The translations under genes and the position numbers were made by a program. DNA of 25,093 nucleotides from a bacterium (GTDB lineage: Bacteria > Bdellovibrionota_C > UBA2361 > RFPC01): NCBI GenBank assembly GCA_030428205.1, contig JAUIBK010000048.1:1-25093 (forward strand). The letters are read 5' to 3'. Numbering within the stretch: the stretch's first letter is position 1; every line of letters starts with the position of its first letter. The notes under the pieces are model-generated. The model searched no databases. It saw only the letters and a program-made list of their open reading frames with translations, and was not told the origin of the DNA. Shown piece by piece: positions 1 through 7,167 of this stretch.

Positions 1-373
1 CGTACTCTTTCGATACGGTGATACCGAGTGGAAGGGTAATTGCTGCTGAGACAATAATAAGTTGCCAACCCCAAAAGTGCACTTTACTGAGTAAGTCAGA
101 GAACATCCTCGCTTTACACAGTCGTTGTGTGGAGTAGTAGATGGCAGCAAAGATTGCATTGCCCGCAAAGGCAAAGATTACAGCATTTGTATGCAATGGG
201 CGGAGCCGACCAAAGGTAAGCCAGGAGATACCACCGTTTAGTGGCCAATAGGCTAATTGGGCAGCGATAATGACACCAACGAGCATCCCAACAACTCCCC
301 AAAGAAGGGTTGCTAAGACAAACTTTCGTACAATGGCATCGTCGAATTGAAAGGTTTCTAACTTTTCGTTCAT
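1..373 (-). CDS. ccoN: cbb3-type cytochrome c oxidase subunit I (CcoN/FixN), N-terminal 124 aa; the gene runs off the left end of the window
   Basis: Reverse translation from the ATG at 373 gives MNEKLETFQFDDAIVRKFVLATLLWGVVGMLVGVIIAAQLAYWPLNGGISWLTFGRLRPLHTNAVIFAFAGNAIFAAIYYSTQRLCKARMFSDLL...WGWQLIIVSAAITLPLGITVSKEY. The FGRLRPLHTNAVIFAF block, the TM1/TM2 spacing and the FWGWQ motif are those of CcoN N-termini. The ORF track misses it because no stop lies inside the window. Confidence 0.9.
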   Translation of the reverse strand, partial: MNEKLETFQFDDAIVRKFVLATLLWGVVGMLVGVIIAAQLAYWPLNGGISWLTFGRLRPLHTNAVIFAFAGNAIFAAIYYSTQRLCKARMFSDLLSKVHFWGWQLIIVSAAITLPLGITVSKEY

Positions 374-640
374 ACTTTACACCAAGTTTTTCAGAAACAA
401 ACTCAGACGATCTGAAGTGATCGAACACACCAATCCGTAGAGGGCAAAGAGTGTAAGCGACTCGCTTGTCCCCGTTATAAGATCGCAACGAAGTTAGCAT
501 GTCATCTCGGTTCTGCAAACTATTAAGGTTTAAAGAGAGGATGTGGATACGGGGATAACGTACTGTAAATGGTGAGTAAATTGCTCAAGTAAACTGAGTT
601 TGGCGAAAGCCTTGGGGGGAATTTTAAAGTAGAACACTTT

Positions 641-705
641 TAACGCGAAGGCCGCGAAGTACGCGAAGATCCACCCTCTTCGCGTACTTCGCGGCCTTCG
701 CGTTA
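641..705. repeat. Perfect inverted repeat with 29-bp arms (641-669 and 677-705) and a 7-nt loop (tccaccc). It lies between the 3' end of the His-tailed membrane protein gene and the ccoN promoter region, and is a candidate very strong intrinsic terminator or insulator
   Basis: taacgcgaaggccgcgaagtacgcgaaga / tcttcgcgtacttcgcggccttcgcgtta are exact reverse complements. The stem is GC-rich and no clean U-tract follows on either strand. Confidence 0.6.
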
Positions 706-780
706 TAGAATAACCCTTGGTTTAAGCAGAAGAAGTATCAGCTCAGCTGCCATAGCACTAGCCAACTGTATAATCCCTCC

Positions 781-810
781 CGGGGGTTTTCGCCATGCGT
801 CGAAACCCCG
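781..810. terminator. Imperfect GC hairpin (cgggggttttcg ... cgaaaccccg) 30 nt downstream of the minus-strand stop at 840; candidate terminator or RNA structure
   Basis: The stem is about 10 bp with two single-nucleotide bulges. There is no adjacent U-run on the minus strand. Confidence 0.25.
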
Positions 811-839
811 ATAGGTGAACAAACTTTTTTGTCGGAACA

Positions 840-1670
840 CTAGTGGTCGTGATGATGCATGTGGTGATGGTCGTGAGCATCTGTTGCTTGGTCTGAACTT
901 GGAGTTTGCGTATGCATGCTGCTGTTGTGGTGGTGGTGCGAATGCCCACCAATCATGGGAACAATCTTCAGGTGTGTTCCGATGGATAAGAGCCCTGCTA
1001 ACAAAAGTAGACAAGCTGTAACTCTTGGAGATGACTTGCCAAATGTTTTACTTAGGAGAGATCCAAGTCCACCAATAGAGAGAAGGATGGGGAGGGTGCC
1101 TAGCCAAAAAGCAAACATAGTTAATGCACCCATTTGAGCTGAGCCACTTGCCGTAGCTACGGCTACGTAAGCATAGAGCCACCCACAGGGCAGAAAAATT
1201 GAAATTGCTCCAAGTAGGAGTGGGCGGTACGGAGCAAGTTTTTCAGAGTGAAAAACTTTTGCCCAAATTTTATGTATGCCTTTTGAAGCAGGGGAGGCTA
1301 ATTTGTCGGCTCGCAGTGGGTTTGACTGAGCGATAAATAGTTTCATGCCCCAAAGAACAAGAAAAGCTCCAGTGAGAAGCGCAGCTGCTTGCTGGAGCCC
1401 TGTGAGGTCTCCGACAACAATATCAAGAGACTCACCGATGTAGCCTGCTAAAAAGCCCAGTGAGCAATACCCGACTCCCCGTGCGCCATTATACCAGAGA
1501 TGAGGCGTGATAGACTTCTCGGTACTGCCAGAATAGAATGCAACGATTCCTCCACACATCGCTGCGCAGTGGGGGCTTCCTATGAGACTAGCAGTAAGCA
1601 CCATGAAGAACGTCATGGGTGAAGGTGTATCACTTGAGTTGTTAAATGACCAGCCAGCTCCCAAAATCAT
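840..1670 (-). CDS. Polytopic membrane protein with conserved Cys motifs (GSPHCAAMCGG in TM1, FLPCGW later) and a His-rich C-terminal tail. It is probably a DsbD_2/TauE-like metal-handling membrane protein linked to cbb3/Cu maturation
   Basis: The ORF spans 840..1703. The ATG at 1670 is preceded by AAGAG at RBS distance, and another ATG at 1616 starts TM1 (MTFFMVL...). About six hydrophobic segments are present. The C-terminus reads HSHHHHNSSMHTQTPSSDQATDAHDHHHMHHHDH. The gene lies next to ccoN and is divergent from ccoI. Confidence 0.6.
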   Translation of the reverse strand: MILGAGWSFNNSSDTPSPMTFFMVLTASLIGSPHCAAMCGGIVAFYSGSTEKSITPHLWYNGARGVGYCSLGFLAGYIGESLDIVVGDLTGLQQAAALLTGAFLVLWGMKLFIAQSNPLRADKLASPASKGIHKIWAKVFHSEKLAPYRPLLLGAISIFLPCGWLYAYVAVATASGSAQMGALTMFAFWLGTLPILLSIGGLGSLLSKTFGKSSPRVTACLLLLAGLLSIGTHLKIVPMIGGHSHHHHNSSMHTQTPSSDQATDAHDHHHMHHHDH

Positions 1671-4132
1671 CTCTTGAGCAAGACGTTCTCCCCGACACAT
1701 CACGCTGCTCGCACTGTGGACTAGAGATTGTTGGGGGGCAGGCTGTGAGAGGCTCAGACCCAGATACTGTCTTTTGTTGCAAAGGGTGTCGCTTAGTTTA
1801 TCGGACGTTGCATGAGTTTGGGTTAGGAAAGTTCTACGAATTACGTGATGACAGCGAGCTTCGGACTGCCGATCCCCGCGGAAATCGTTTCGGATACTTT
1901 GATCACGACGATTTTATTCATAGACATGTTCATTCTCTTTCACGTGATCTGAGCGAGGTTCGGCTAGCGATTCCCGGAATACACTGTGCGGCTTGTGTTT
2001 GGGTTCTCGAGAAACTCCCTCAAGTTCTCGCTGGGGTAACACACACTCGAGTGAACTTAAGCGATGGTACTATTGTCCTGACCTATATTCCCTCGGAGGT
2101 AAAGCTCTCCGAGATCGCTCAAACCCTCGATTCTCTCGGTTATACTCCAGCGCCACTTTCTCTCGATGAGCGTCTTAAGCAACGTCGGAAACTTAAACGA
2201 GCCCTTCTGCTCAGGCTTGGTGTGGCAGCTGCTACGGCCGGCAATACCATGATTATCTCTGTTTCACTCTACCAGGGATATTTCTCGGGGATGGAGCTCA
2301 AATACCGTGACTTCTTCCATTGGATAAGCCTTATCATCGCGTTGCCGTGTGTGTTCTACGCCGCGATCCCGTTTTATCGTGGAGCGCTTGCAGGTCTGCT
2401 TGCAAAGAGACCACACGTCGATATGCCAATCTCTCTTGGGATCCTGTTCTCGTTCTTTTTGAGTGTACATGCGACTGTGAGTGGTCTTGAATATGTGTAC
2501 TTTGAATCAGTGTGTGCGCTTGTCTTTCTGCTCTTGATAGGCCGTTACGTTCAACAAGAGGTGCTTGCTGGAGTGCAATCAAAGCTCTCACAAGCGGCCA
2601 CATTTTTTCCACTCTCAGTTTTACGAAAGTCGGGAGGTGAGTTTGAAGAGATTCCACTTGAAGCCTTGCGTGTCGGAGATGAGATAAAGGTTCTCCCCGG
2701 TGAACGGGCTCCAGCGGATGGAATTGTTGTCGAAGGCAGTACACACCTTGACCTCTCTGTCTTAAGCGGAGAGTCAGCTCCTGTGTCGATCGCTCAAGAA
2801 CAAGAGGTACCTGCCGGCGCGCTTAACCTCGAATCTGCATTTCTCCTCGAAGCCCGTTCGATTGGAAGGGATTCAAGGGTAGGAAAACTCTTAGAACAGC
2901 TCCAAGAAGCCCCCACAGAGTCTTCTTCAAGTAGTCGCCTCATTAACAGTTTAAGCGGCTACTTTGTCATTACCGTTTTAGTTCTCGGATTTCTTGGGTT
3001 TCTCGCATGGCTTCCAACAGGGATTCCTCACGCTTTTGAGGTCATGGTTGCTGTCTTTGTAGTGAGTTGTCCGTGTGCATTAGCTCTTGGGCCACCACTC
3101 ATATTCTCAGGCGCGACTCGAAAAGCACTTTCCCTGGGGATCTTTTTAAAGAACATGAAGCTGTTTGAAGAGAGAAAACAGATAAGACAGGTATTCTTCG
3201 ATAAGACCGGCACACTTACTACGGGTGCTTTTGAGGTTGTAGGGTGTAACACAGCAGCCGGCGAGAGTGTAGAGCCAGAATGGCTCTCACATGTACTTGC
3301 ACTTGAAGAGGGAGTCGCCTCGCACCCTCTCGCTCACACACTACTGAGCTATGTGAGAGAGCGAGTTTGCGATATTTCTGCTCCGCAGTTGCGTGACCTC
3401 TCGTATATATCGGGGTGTGGAGTGGTTGGAAAAGAGGATAGAAAGGGGAGGACATATACCTGGAAACTTGGCTCACTCTCTTGGGCAATTGATGGTGAGT
3501 CCACACGGGGTTTTGAAGCTACCAATAGTGCTCATACGGTTGTGTGTTTGTCGTGTAATGGCGTTCCCAAACTCTTTTTTGAGCTCCAAGACACACTTCA
3601 CCCCGAGACAACTCAGGTCGTGCAACAGTTACGCAAGGAGGGAGTTGCTGTTGGAATCCTCTCAGGAGATCGGCAAGAGGTCGTTTCCCACGTAGCCGAG
3701 CAGCTCGGTATAGCACCTGAGTTTGCTCATGGAGGGCTCCTTCCTCAACAAAAAGCAGAGTGTATCGCATCAACGAAAGGCAGAAGTATTTTTGTCGGTG
3801 ATGGAGCAAATGATGTTGCAGCTCTGCTTGAAGCTGATATCGGCATTGGTCTGCGCTCAGGTGTTGAGGTATGTCTTGAAAATGCAGATATCTTTATTTC
3901 CGAGGATGGAATGAAGCGATTTGGACTTCTGTGGAGCTATGCAAAGAAAGTCTCTCGTGCATTACAGAGAAATGTTGTCGTCTCGATTGCGTATAATATC
4001 GGTGGGGTTTCCTTAGCGCTTGCTGGCTATATCACACCACTTTTTGCCGCTCTGTTGATGTCGATCAGTTCTCTCTCTGTTCTCTTCTCTTCGCTTTGGA
4101 TAGCATACGCTTCAACAGATAAGAGTTCTTAA
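1646..4132 (+). CDS. ccoI: Cu(I)-translocating P1B-type ATPase of the CcoI/FixI type
   Basis: The N-terminus has CSHCG...FCCKGCRLVY, the cation-ATPase N-terminal metal-binding domain typical of FixI/CcoI. The TM6 CPC motif appears as VVSCPCALA. DKTGTLT, the HP motif (ASHPLAH) and GDGANDVAAL are all present. TM7 carries YN and TM8 carries MSISS, which is the P1B-1 Cu+ signature. It lies next to ccoN and ccoS. Confidence 0.85.
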   Translation: MTSQLPKSSLEQDVLPDTSRCSHCGLEIVGGQAVRGSDPDTVFCCKGCRLVYRTLHEFGLGKFYELRDDSELRTADPRGNRFGYFDHDDFIHRHVHSLSRDLSEVRLAIPGIHCAACVWVLEKLPQVLAGVTHTRVNLSDGTIVLTYIPSEVKLSEIAQTLDSLGYTPAPLSLDERLKQRRKLKRALLLRLGVAAATAGNTMIISVSLYQGYFSGMELKYRDFFHWISLIIALPCVFYAAIPFYRGALAGLLAKRPHVDMPISLGILFSFFLSVHATVSGLEYVYFESVCALVFLLLIGRYVQQEVLAGVQSKLSQAATFFPLSVLRKSGGEFEEIPLEALRVGDEIKVLPGERAPADGIVVEGSTHLDLSVLSGESAPVSIAQEQEVPAGALNLESAFLLEARSIGRDSRVGKLLEQLQEAPTESSSSSRLINSLSGYFVITVLVLGFLGFLAWLPTGIPHAFEVMVAVFVVSCPCALALGPPLIFSGATRKALSLGIFLKNMKLFEERKQIRQVFFDKTGTLTTGAFEVVGCNTAAGESVEPEWLSHVLALEEGVASHPLAHTLLSYVRERVCDISAPQLRDLSYISGCGVVGKEDRKGRTYTWKLGSLSWAIDGESTRGFEATNSAHTVVCLSCNGVPKLFFELQDTLHPETTQVVQQLRKEGVAVGILSGDRQEVVSHVAEQLGIAPEFAHGGLLPQQKAECIASTKGRSIFVGDGANDVAALLEADIGIGLRSGVEVCLENADIFISEDGMKRFGLLWSYAKKVSRALQRNVVVSIAYNIGGVSLALAGYITPLFAALLMSISSLSVLFSSLWIAYASTDKSS

Positions 4133-4138
4133 ATCAAT

Positions 4139-4315
4139 ATGGAAATAGTCTTTCTCCTCTTACCCCTCTCTTTAGTTATTGCTGCGGCGGCGCTTGGCGG
4201 TTATCTCTGGTCAGTAAGAAGTGGGCAGTATGATGATCTCGATACTCCGGCGCATCGGATGCTTATAGATGAGGATGTGAAAAGCGATGAGTCAGAGGTC
4301 AGAGATGTAGAGTAG
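4139..4315 (+). CDS. ccoS: cbb3 oxidase maturation protein CcoS/FixS (58 aa); absent from the supplied ORF track
   Basis: MEIVFLLLPLSLVIAAAALGGYLWSVRSGQYDDLDTPAHRMLIDEDVKSDESEVRDVE. It has a single TM helix followed by the conserved SGQ(F/Y)DDLD-PA motif. It starts 7 nt after the ccoI stop, as in ccoGHIS/fixGHIS clusters. Confidence 0.8.
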   Translation: MEIVFLLLPLSLVIAAAALGGYLWSVRSGQYDDLDTPAHRMLIDEDVKSDESEVRDVE

Positions 4316-4331
4316 GGTCGAGTTTTTGTTG

Positions 4332-4418
4332 CCATTTTCTTGAACTTTTTTCTCCGTGGCAATGTTCTTGACGTAAATGCTGGACTCCCGCCACGGAGAA
4401 AAAAGTTCAAGAAAATGG
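4332..4418. repeat. Perfect inverted repeat with 29-bp arms (4332-4360 and 4390-4418) around a 29-nt loop. It sits between the convergent ccoS and flotillin genes and is a candidate bidirectional terminator or MITE-like element
   Basis: ccattttcttgaacttttttctccgtggc / gccacggagaaaaaagttcaagaaaatgg are exact reverse complements. The track's 69-aa ORF 4201..4410 lies on this structure and is probably spurious. Confidence 0.6.
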
Positions 4419-4449
4419 TTATTCCCCTAAGTCTGTATACCCTACCTCC

Positions 4450-5847
4450 TTACTCCTTAGGCTGGTAGGTACTGCCATTTGATTCTCCTCCACCTCTTGG
4501 TGGCTCTGAGAGTGTTGGAGCAACTTTTTTCCCATCAGCAACTTCACCGAGATAGCTCGGAAGATCTACTCCTGCCATTTTTGCTATCTCATGAAGCGGG
4601 GGAAGGGTTTGGATCATGTTTTTCATGAAGTTTGCTGTTGAGCTTGTTCCGTCTGGACCGTTTCCGCTATCCCAGACAGTAACTTTATCAATTTTAATAT
4701 TCTTAATAGCTTCTGTCTGGAGTTGGACGATCTCTTCGATTTTTTCAACCATCAGCATCGTAGCAGCATCTTTTGGCTCAGCTCCACACGCTTGAACCAT
4801 GCCGCGGTAACCGTCTGCTTTAGCGGTAAGTACCTTCTCGATACCAGCAGCTTCAGCCGTTTTGACTGAGAGAATAGCATCCGCTTCACCCGCGGCAACA
4901 AAACGACGACGTTGAGCTTCAGCTTCCGCATCAACTTCAACTTTACGTTTGTCGATCTCACGTGGAACAACTTCTTCAGCCGTTAAGCGTTTTTCTTCGG
5001 CCTCGGCGCGAGCAATTTCAATCTTAACTTTTGCTTGTTGTTGAGCCACTTCACCACGTTGTTGTGCGTCGGCCTCTTTCACCGAGAGATCGGCGTTATA
5101 CTGAGCAATGTTCGCTTGGGCGATGTTTTCACCCTCAACAGCGGTAGCGTTGTAGGCAGCAACTTGAATACGACGTTCTTTGTCAGCTTGAGCAGCACCG
5201 ATATCACCTTTCTTTTCTTCTTCGGCAACGTCAATCTTTGCTTGGTTAATAGCAGTGGCTGCTGCTTTCTTACCAATACTCTCAATGTAGCCAGACTCAT
5301 CGGTAATATCAGTGATGTTTACGTTAATAAGCGAGAGACCAATCTTAGTAAGTTCAGGTCCGATATTATTTCGGATCGCCTCGAGGAAACGTTCCCGGTC
5401 TTGATTGATCTCTTCAATGGTAAGAGAGGCAATCGTGAGCCTGAGTTGACCAAAGATAATCTCTTTTGCCATCGACTCGAGTTCATCTTGCGAGAGATCC
5501 ATGAGTCGGACCGCGGCATTCGTCATGTTCGCAGGGCTTGTATCTATGGCAATCGTGAACGTACTTGGAACATTCACGCGGATGTTCTGTAAGGAGAGAG
5601 CACCTTGCAAAGGGATGTTGATCGTCATTGGTGTGAGATCAAGGAACTGCGCGTGCTGGATAAGCGGAATAACGAAGTGCGCGCCACCGTGGTAACACAT
5701 CACTGAGCGACCACGTCCCACTTTACCCTGCACCGCGAGGACTTTGTTTGAGGGGCATCGGACATAGATGCGTGCAAGCAAGAAGGGCACGACAAAAACA
5801 AGAAAGGCAAAAGCGAGTAGGGTAATAATAAGTAGTGAATCAGTCAT
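4450..5847 (-). CDS. Flotillin / SPFH (band 7) family protein, YqiK-like
   Basis: An N-terminal TM helix is followed by an SPFH domain and a long Ala/Glu/Gln-rich coiled coil. It is collinear with E. coli YqiK. AAGGAA sits 9 nt upstream of the ATG at 5847. It is 11 bp downstream of an NfeD gene. Confidence 0.85.
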   Translation of the reverse strand: MTDSLLIITLLAFAFLVFVVPFLLARIYVRCPSNKVLAVQGKVGRGRSVMCYHGGAHFVIPLIQHAQFLDLTPMTINIPLQGALSLQNIRVNVPSTFTIAIDTSPANMTNAAVRLMDLSQDELESMAKEIIFGQLRLTIASLTIEEINQDRERFLEAIRNNIGPELTKIGLSLINVNITDITDESGYIESIGKKAAATAINQAKIDVAEEEKKGDIGAAQADKERRIQVAAYNATAVEGENIAQANIAQYNADLSVKEADAQQRGEVAQQQAKVKIEIARAEAEEKRLTAEEVVPREIDKRKVEVDAEAEAQRRRFVAAGEADAILSVKTAEAAGIEKVLTAKADGYRGMVQACGAEPKDAATMLMVEKIEEIVQLQTEAIKNIKIDKVTVWDSGNGPDGTSSTANFMKNMIQTLPPLHEIAKMAGVDLPSYLGEVADGKKVAPTLSEPPRGGGESNGSTYQPKE

Positions 5848-5858
5848 TGGGCGGTTCC

Positions 5859-6464
5859 TTATTCGGTATGTTCTTTGACAGATACCGTATCGCTATCGAT
5901 GGTATCTATGACGACAATTGTGGTGAAAGAATCAAGATCTTTTTGAGCTTGAGAAACAGCATTCAGCTCTCTTGTGAATCCATTGACCGTGAGCTGGATT
6001 TTACCCCGTCCTCCTTCAGGAATCCTCTGATACACTGTTCCTTTTAGGCCTACTGTTTCTGAGATAGAGAAATCCGCCCCTGGGCTAGCAAGCTTCATCG
6101 CCATCTTGTAGAGCCATGCTGTTACAAGCATGGACGCAAAACCTACAACCAGAGCTATCAGCATTGAAACAAATATAGGCATTTTGAACTGCAAGAGAGC
6201 AGACATGCCTGACCATCCGAACATCATAAGAAATGCGCTAATGGTATTGAGCGAGATAAGCTTAAAAGCTGCCTCTGAGTGATGAGCGTCTCCTGCCGTA
6301 TCGTCAAATCCACTATCGTCAATCGGAGTGTCGAAATCGTCAGCAAATCCTCCTACAAGCATCAGCATGACTCTGAGCCCAAAGAATATTGAGCCTCCAA
6401 ACGCACACAACCAGAGTGTCATCTCGAGCCCCGATGGGTCTGGTGATAGAAAGGGGAGATTCAT
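5859..6464 (-). CDS. NfeD-like membrane protein (YqiJ-type flotillin partner)
   Basis: It has TM helices plus a C-terminal OB-fold segment (KGTVYQRIPEGGRGKIQLTVNGFTRELNA). I chose the start at ATG 6464 (MNLPFL...), which is preceded by AAGGAAG. The track ORF extends to a TTG at 6500. The nfeD-flotillin gene pair is a widespread conserved arrangement. Confidence 0.8.
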   Translation of the reverse strand: MNLPFLSPDPSGLEMTLWLCAFGGSIFFGLRVMLMLVGGFADDFDTPIDDSGFDDTAGDAHHSEAAFKLISLNTISAFLMMFGWSGMSALLQFKMPIFVSMLIALVVGFASMLVTAWLYKMAMKLASPGADFSISETVGLKGTVYQRIPEGGRGKIQLTVNGFTRELNAVSQAQKDLDSFTTIVVIDTIDSDTVSVKEHTE

Positions 6465-6499
6465 AGTATCTTCCTTAAGTAAAAAAGCGTTATACTGCA

Positions 6500-6528
6500 A
6501 TTATACATATTCATATGTATAAAGTCAA
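6500..6528 (-). promoter_or_regulatory. Near-consensus sigma70 promoter for the nfeD-flotillin operon. On the minus strand it reads TTGACT, then a 17-nt spacer, then TATAAT
   Basis: The reverse complement reads ttgact-ttatacatatgaatatg-tataat. The -10 element is at 6500-6505 and the -35 at 6523-6528 in plus coordinates. This leaves a leader of about 35 nt before the ATG at 6464. Confidence 0.5.
6502..6521. promoter_or_regulatory. Perfect palindrome TATACATAT-tc-ATATGTATA overlapping the spacer and -10 of the nfeD promoter; candidate operator
   Basis: The arms are 9 bp with a 2-bp spacer. It lies 19 bp downstream of the stop of the RHH gene. The ATATGTATA half-site recurs at 7024-7032 in the RHH gene's own upstream region. 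Confidence 0.4.
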
Positions 6529-6539
6529 AAATATCTGTA

Positions 6540-6890
6540 TCAATGTGATTTGCTTGCTCTTTTTGTCTTCGTTTGAGCCTCTGGTTCACTCTGGTCTCCT
6601 CGCAGTTGTTTGCGGAGTTCTCCAATTTCTGCTGTTTTATCAGCTAGTAATGCGTCAAGAGCTTCGACAATATACGGCTCGATCTCTTTGTCGGACGCCC
6701 CAAAGTTGCTAATGACAGTATCGTACAGGTGCTTCGTTTGAGGGGTGACCGTCAGCTGTATTCTTGTATCGCTAAACCAGTCATCTAAGAGGTCACGAAT
6801 GAGACCTGACAGTGAAACCTTACGGATGAGGACTTTCTCGTGTTGTTCTGGAGTGATTAACACATTGATTCTTTTATATTTACTAGTCAT
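6540..6890 (-). CDS. Small ribbon-helix-helix (CopG/Arc/MetJ-like) DNA-binding protein with a C-terminal coiled-coil tail
   Basis: The N-terminus KRINVLITPEQHEKVLIRKVSLSGLIRDLLDDWF fits the strand, helix, G-x-S/T turn, helix pattern of RHH folds. AAGGAG lies 9 nt upstream of the ATG at 6890. It sits directly upstream of the operator-bearing nfeD promoter. Confidence 0.55.
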   Translation of the reverse strand: MTSKYKRINVLITPEQHEKVLIRKVSLSGLIRDLLDDWFSDTRIQLTVTPQTKHLYDTVISNFGASDKEIEPYIVEALDALLADKTAEIGELRKQLRGDQSEPEAQTKTKRASKSH

Positions 6891-6983
6891 GTGAAAATGC
6901 TCCTTTTTTGGGGGGGCTAGAAGTACTGGCGTTTAGGTACTATGAAAATGAAATGCTCCGTGTATCGGCAGAACCTATGTAGA

Positions 6984-7012
6984 ATTATAGCATATCCATA
7001 ACTATGTGTATA
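6984..7012 (-). promoter_or_regulatory. Candidate promoter for the RHH gene (TATACA, 17-nt spacer, TATAAT on the minus strand), giving a leader of about 85 nt
   Basis: The -10 TATAAT is exact and the -35 matches 4 of 6 positions. The leader contains a direct repeat of the SD/start module (GGAGCATTTcaTTTTCA and GGAGCATTTTCACATG). Confidence 0.3.
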
Positions 7013-7167
7013 GTTTTGTTATTATATGTATAAACTCCTCTCTTGAGGAATACGACATTCACTCAAATTCTTTTGCAACTACAACGCCATACGGGTTTTT
7101 CCTCAGGGCCCCCCGTATTCCTACCGACAGTTGTTGTTAGGAGTGGAATACTTCCGGGAGAGTTCTA

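Noticed and set aside
114-518. 134-aa minus-strand ORF from the track
   Set aside because: It is in a different frame from the unmistakable CcoN reading frame over 114-373 and extends into the ccoN upstream region. Its translation is Cys/Leu-rich with no features. It is a shadow ORF.
374-640. Search for an FNR/FixK box (TTGAT-N4-ATCAA) upstream of ccoN
   Set aside because: I found no match to the palindrome on either strand in the ccoN upstream region, so no oxygen-responsive site is claimed.
703-1137. Four overlapping short ORFs (703..1014-, 758..952-, 815..1021+, 916..1137+)
   Set aside because: All overlap the 3' end or His-tail region of the membrane-protein gene or the hairpin spacer. 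The His-rich tail (CAT/CAC repeats) generates open alternative frames, and none has an RBS or recognisable sequence.
4201-4410. 69-aa minus-strand ORF
   Set aside because: It lies entirely on the 29-bp-arm inverted repeat and its loop. The open frame is a consequence of the palindrome's A/T runs.
5035-5592. 185-aa plus-strand ORF antisense to the flotillin gene
   Set aside because: The flotillin frame on the opposite strand has strong homology. The antisense ORF is low-complexity and is produced by the Ala/Glu-rich coiled-coil codons.
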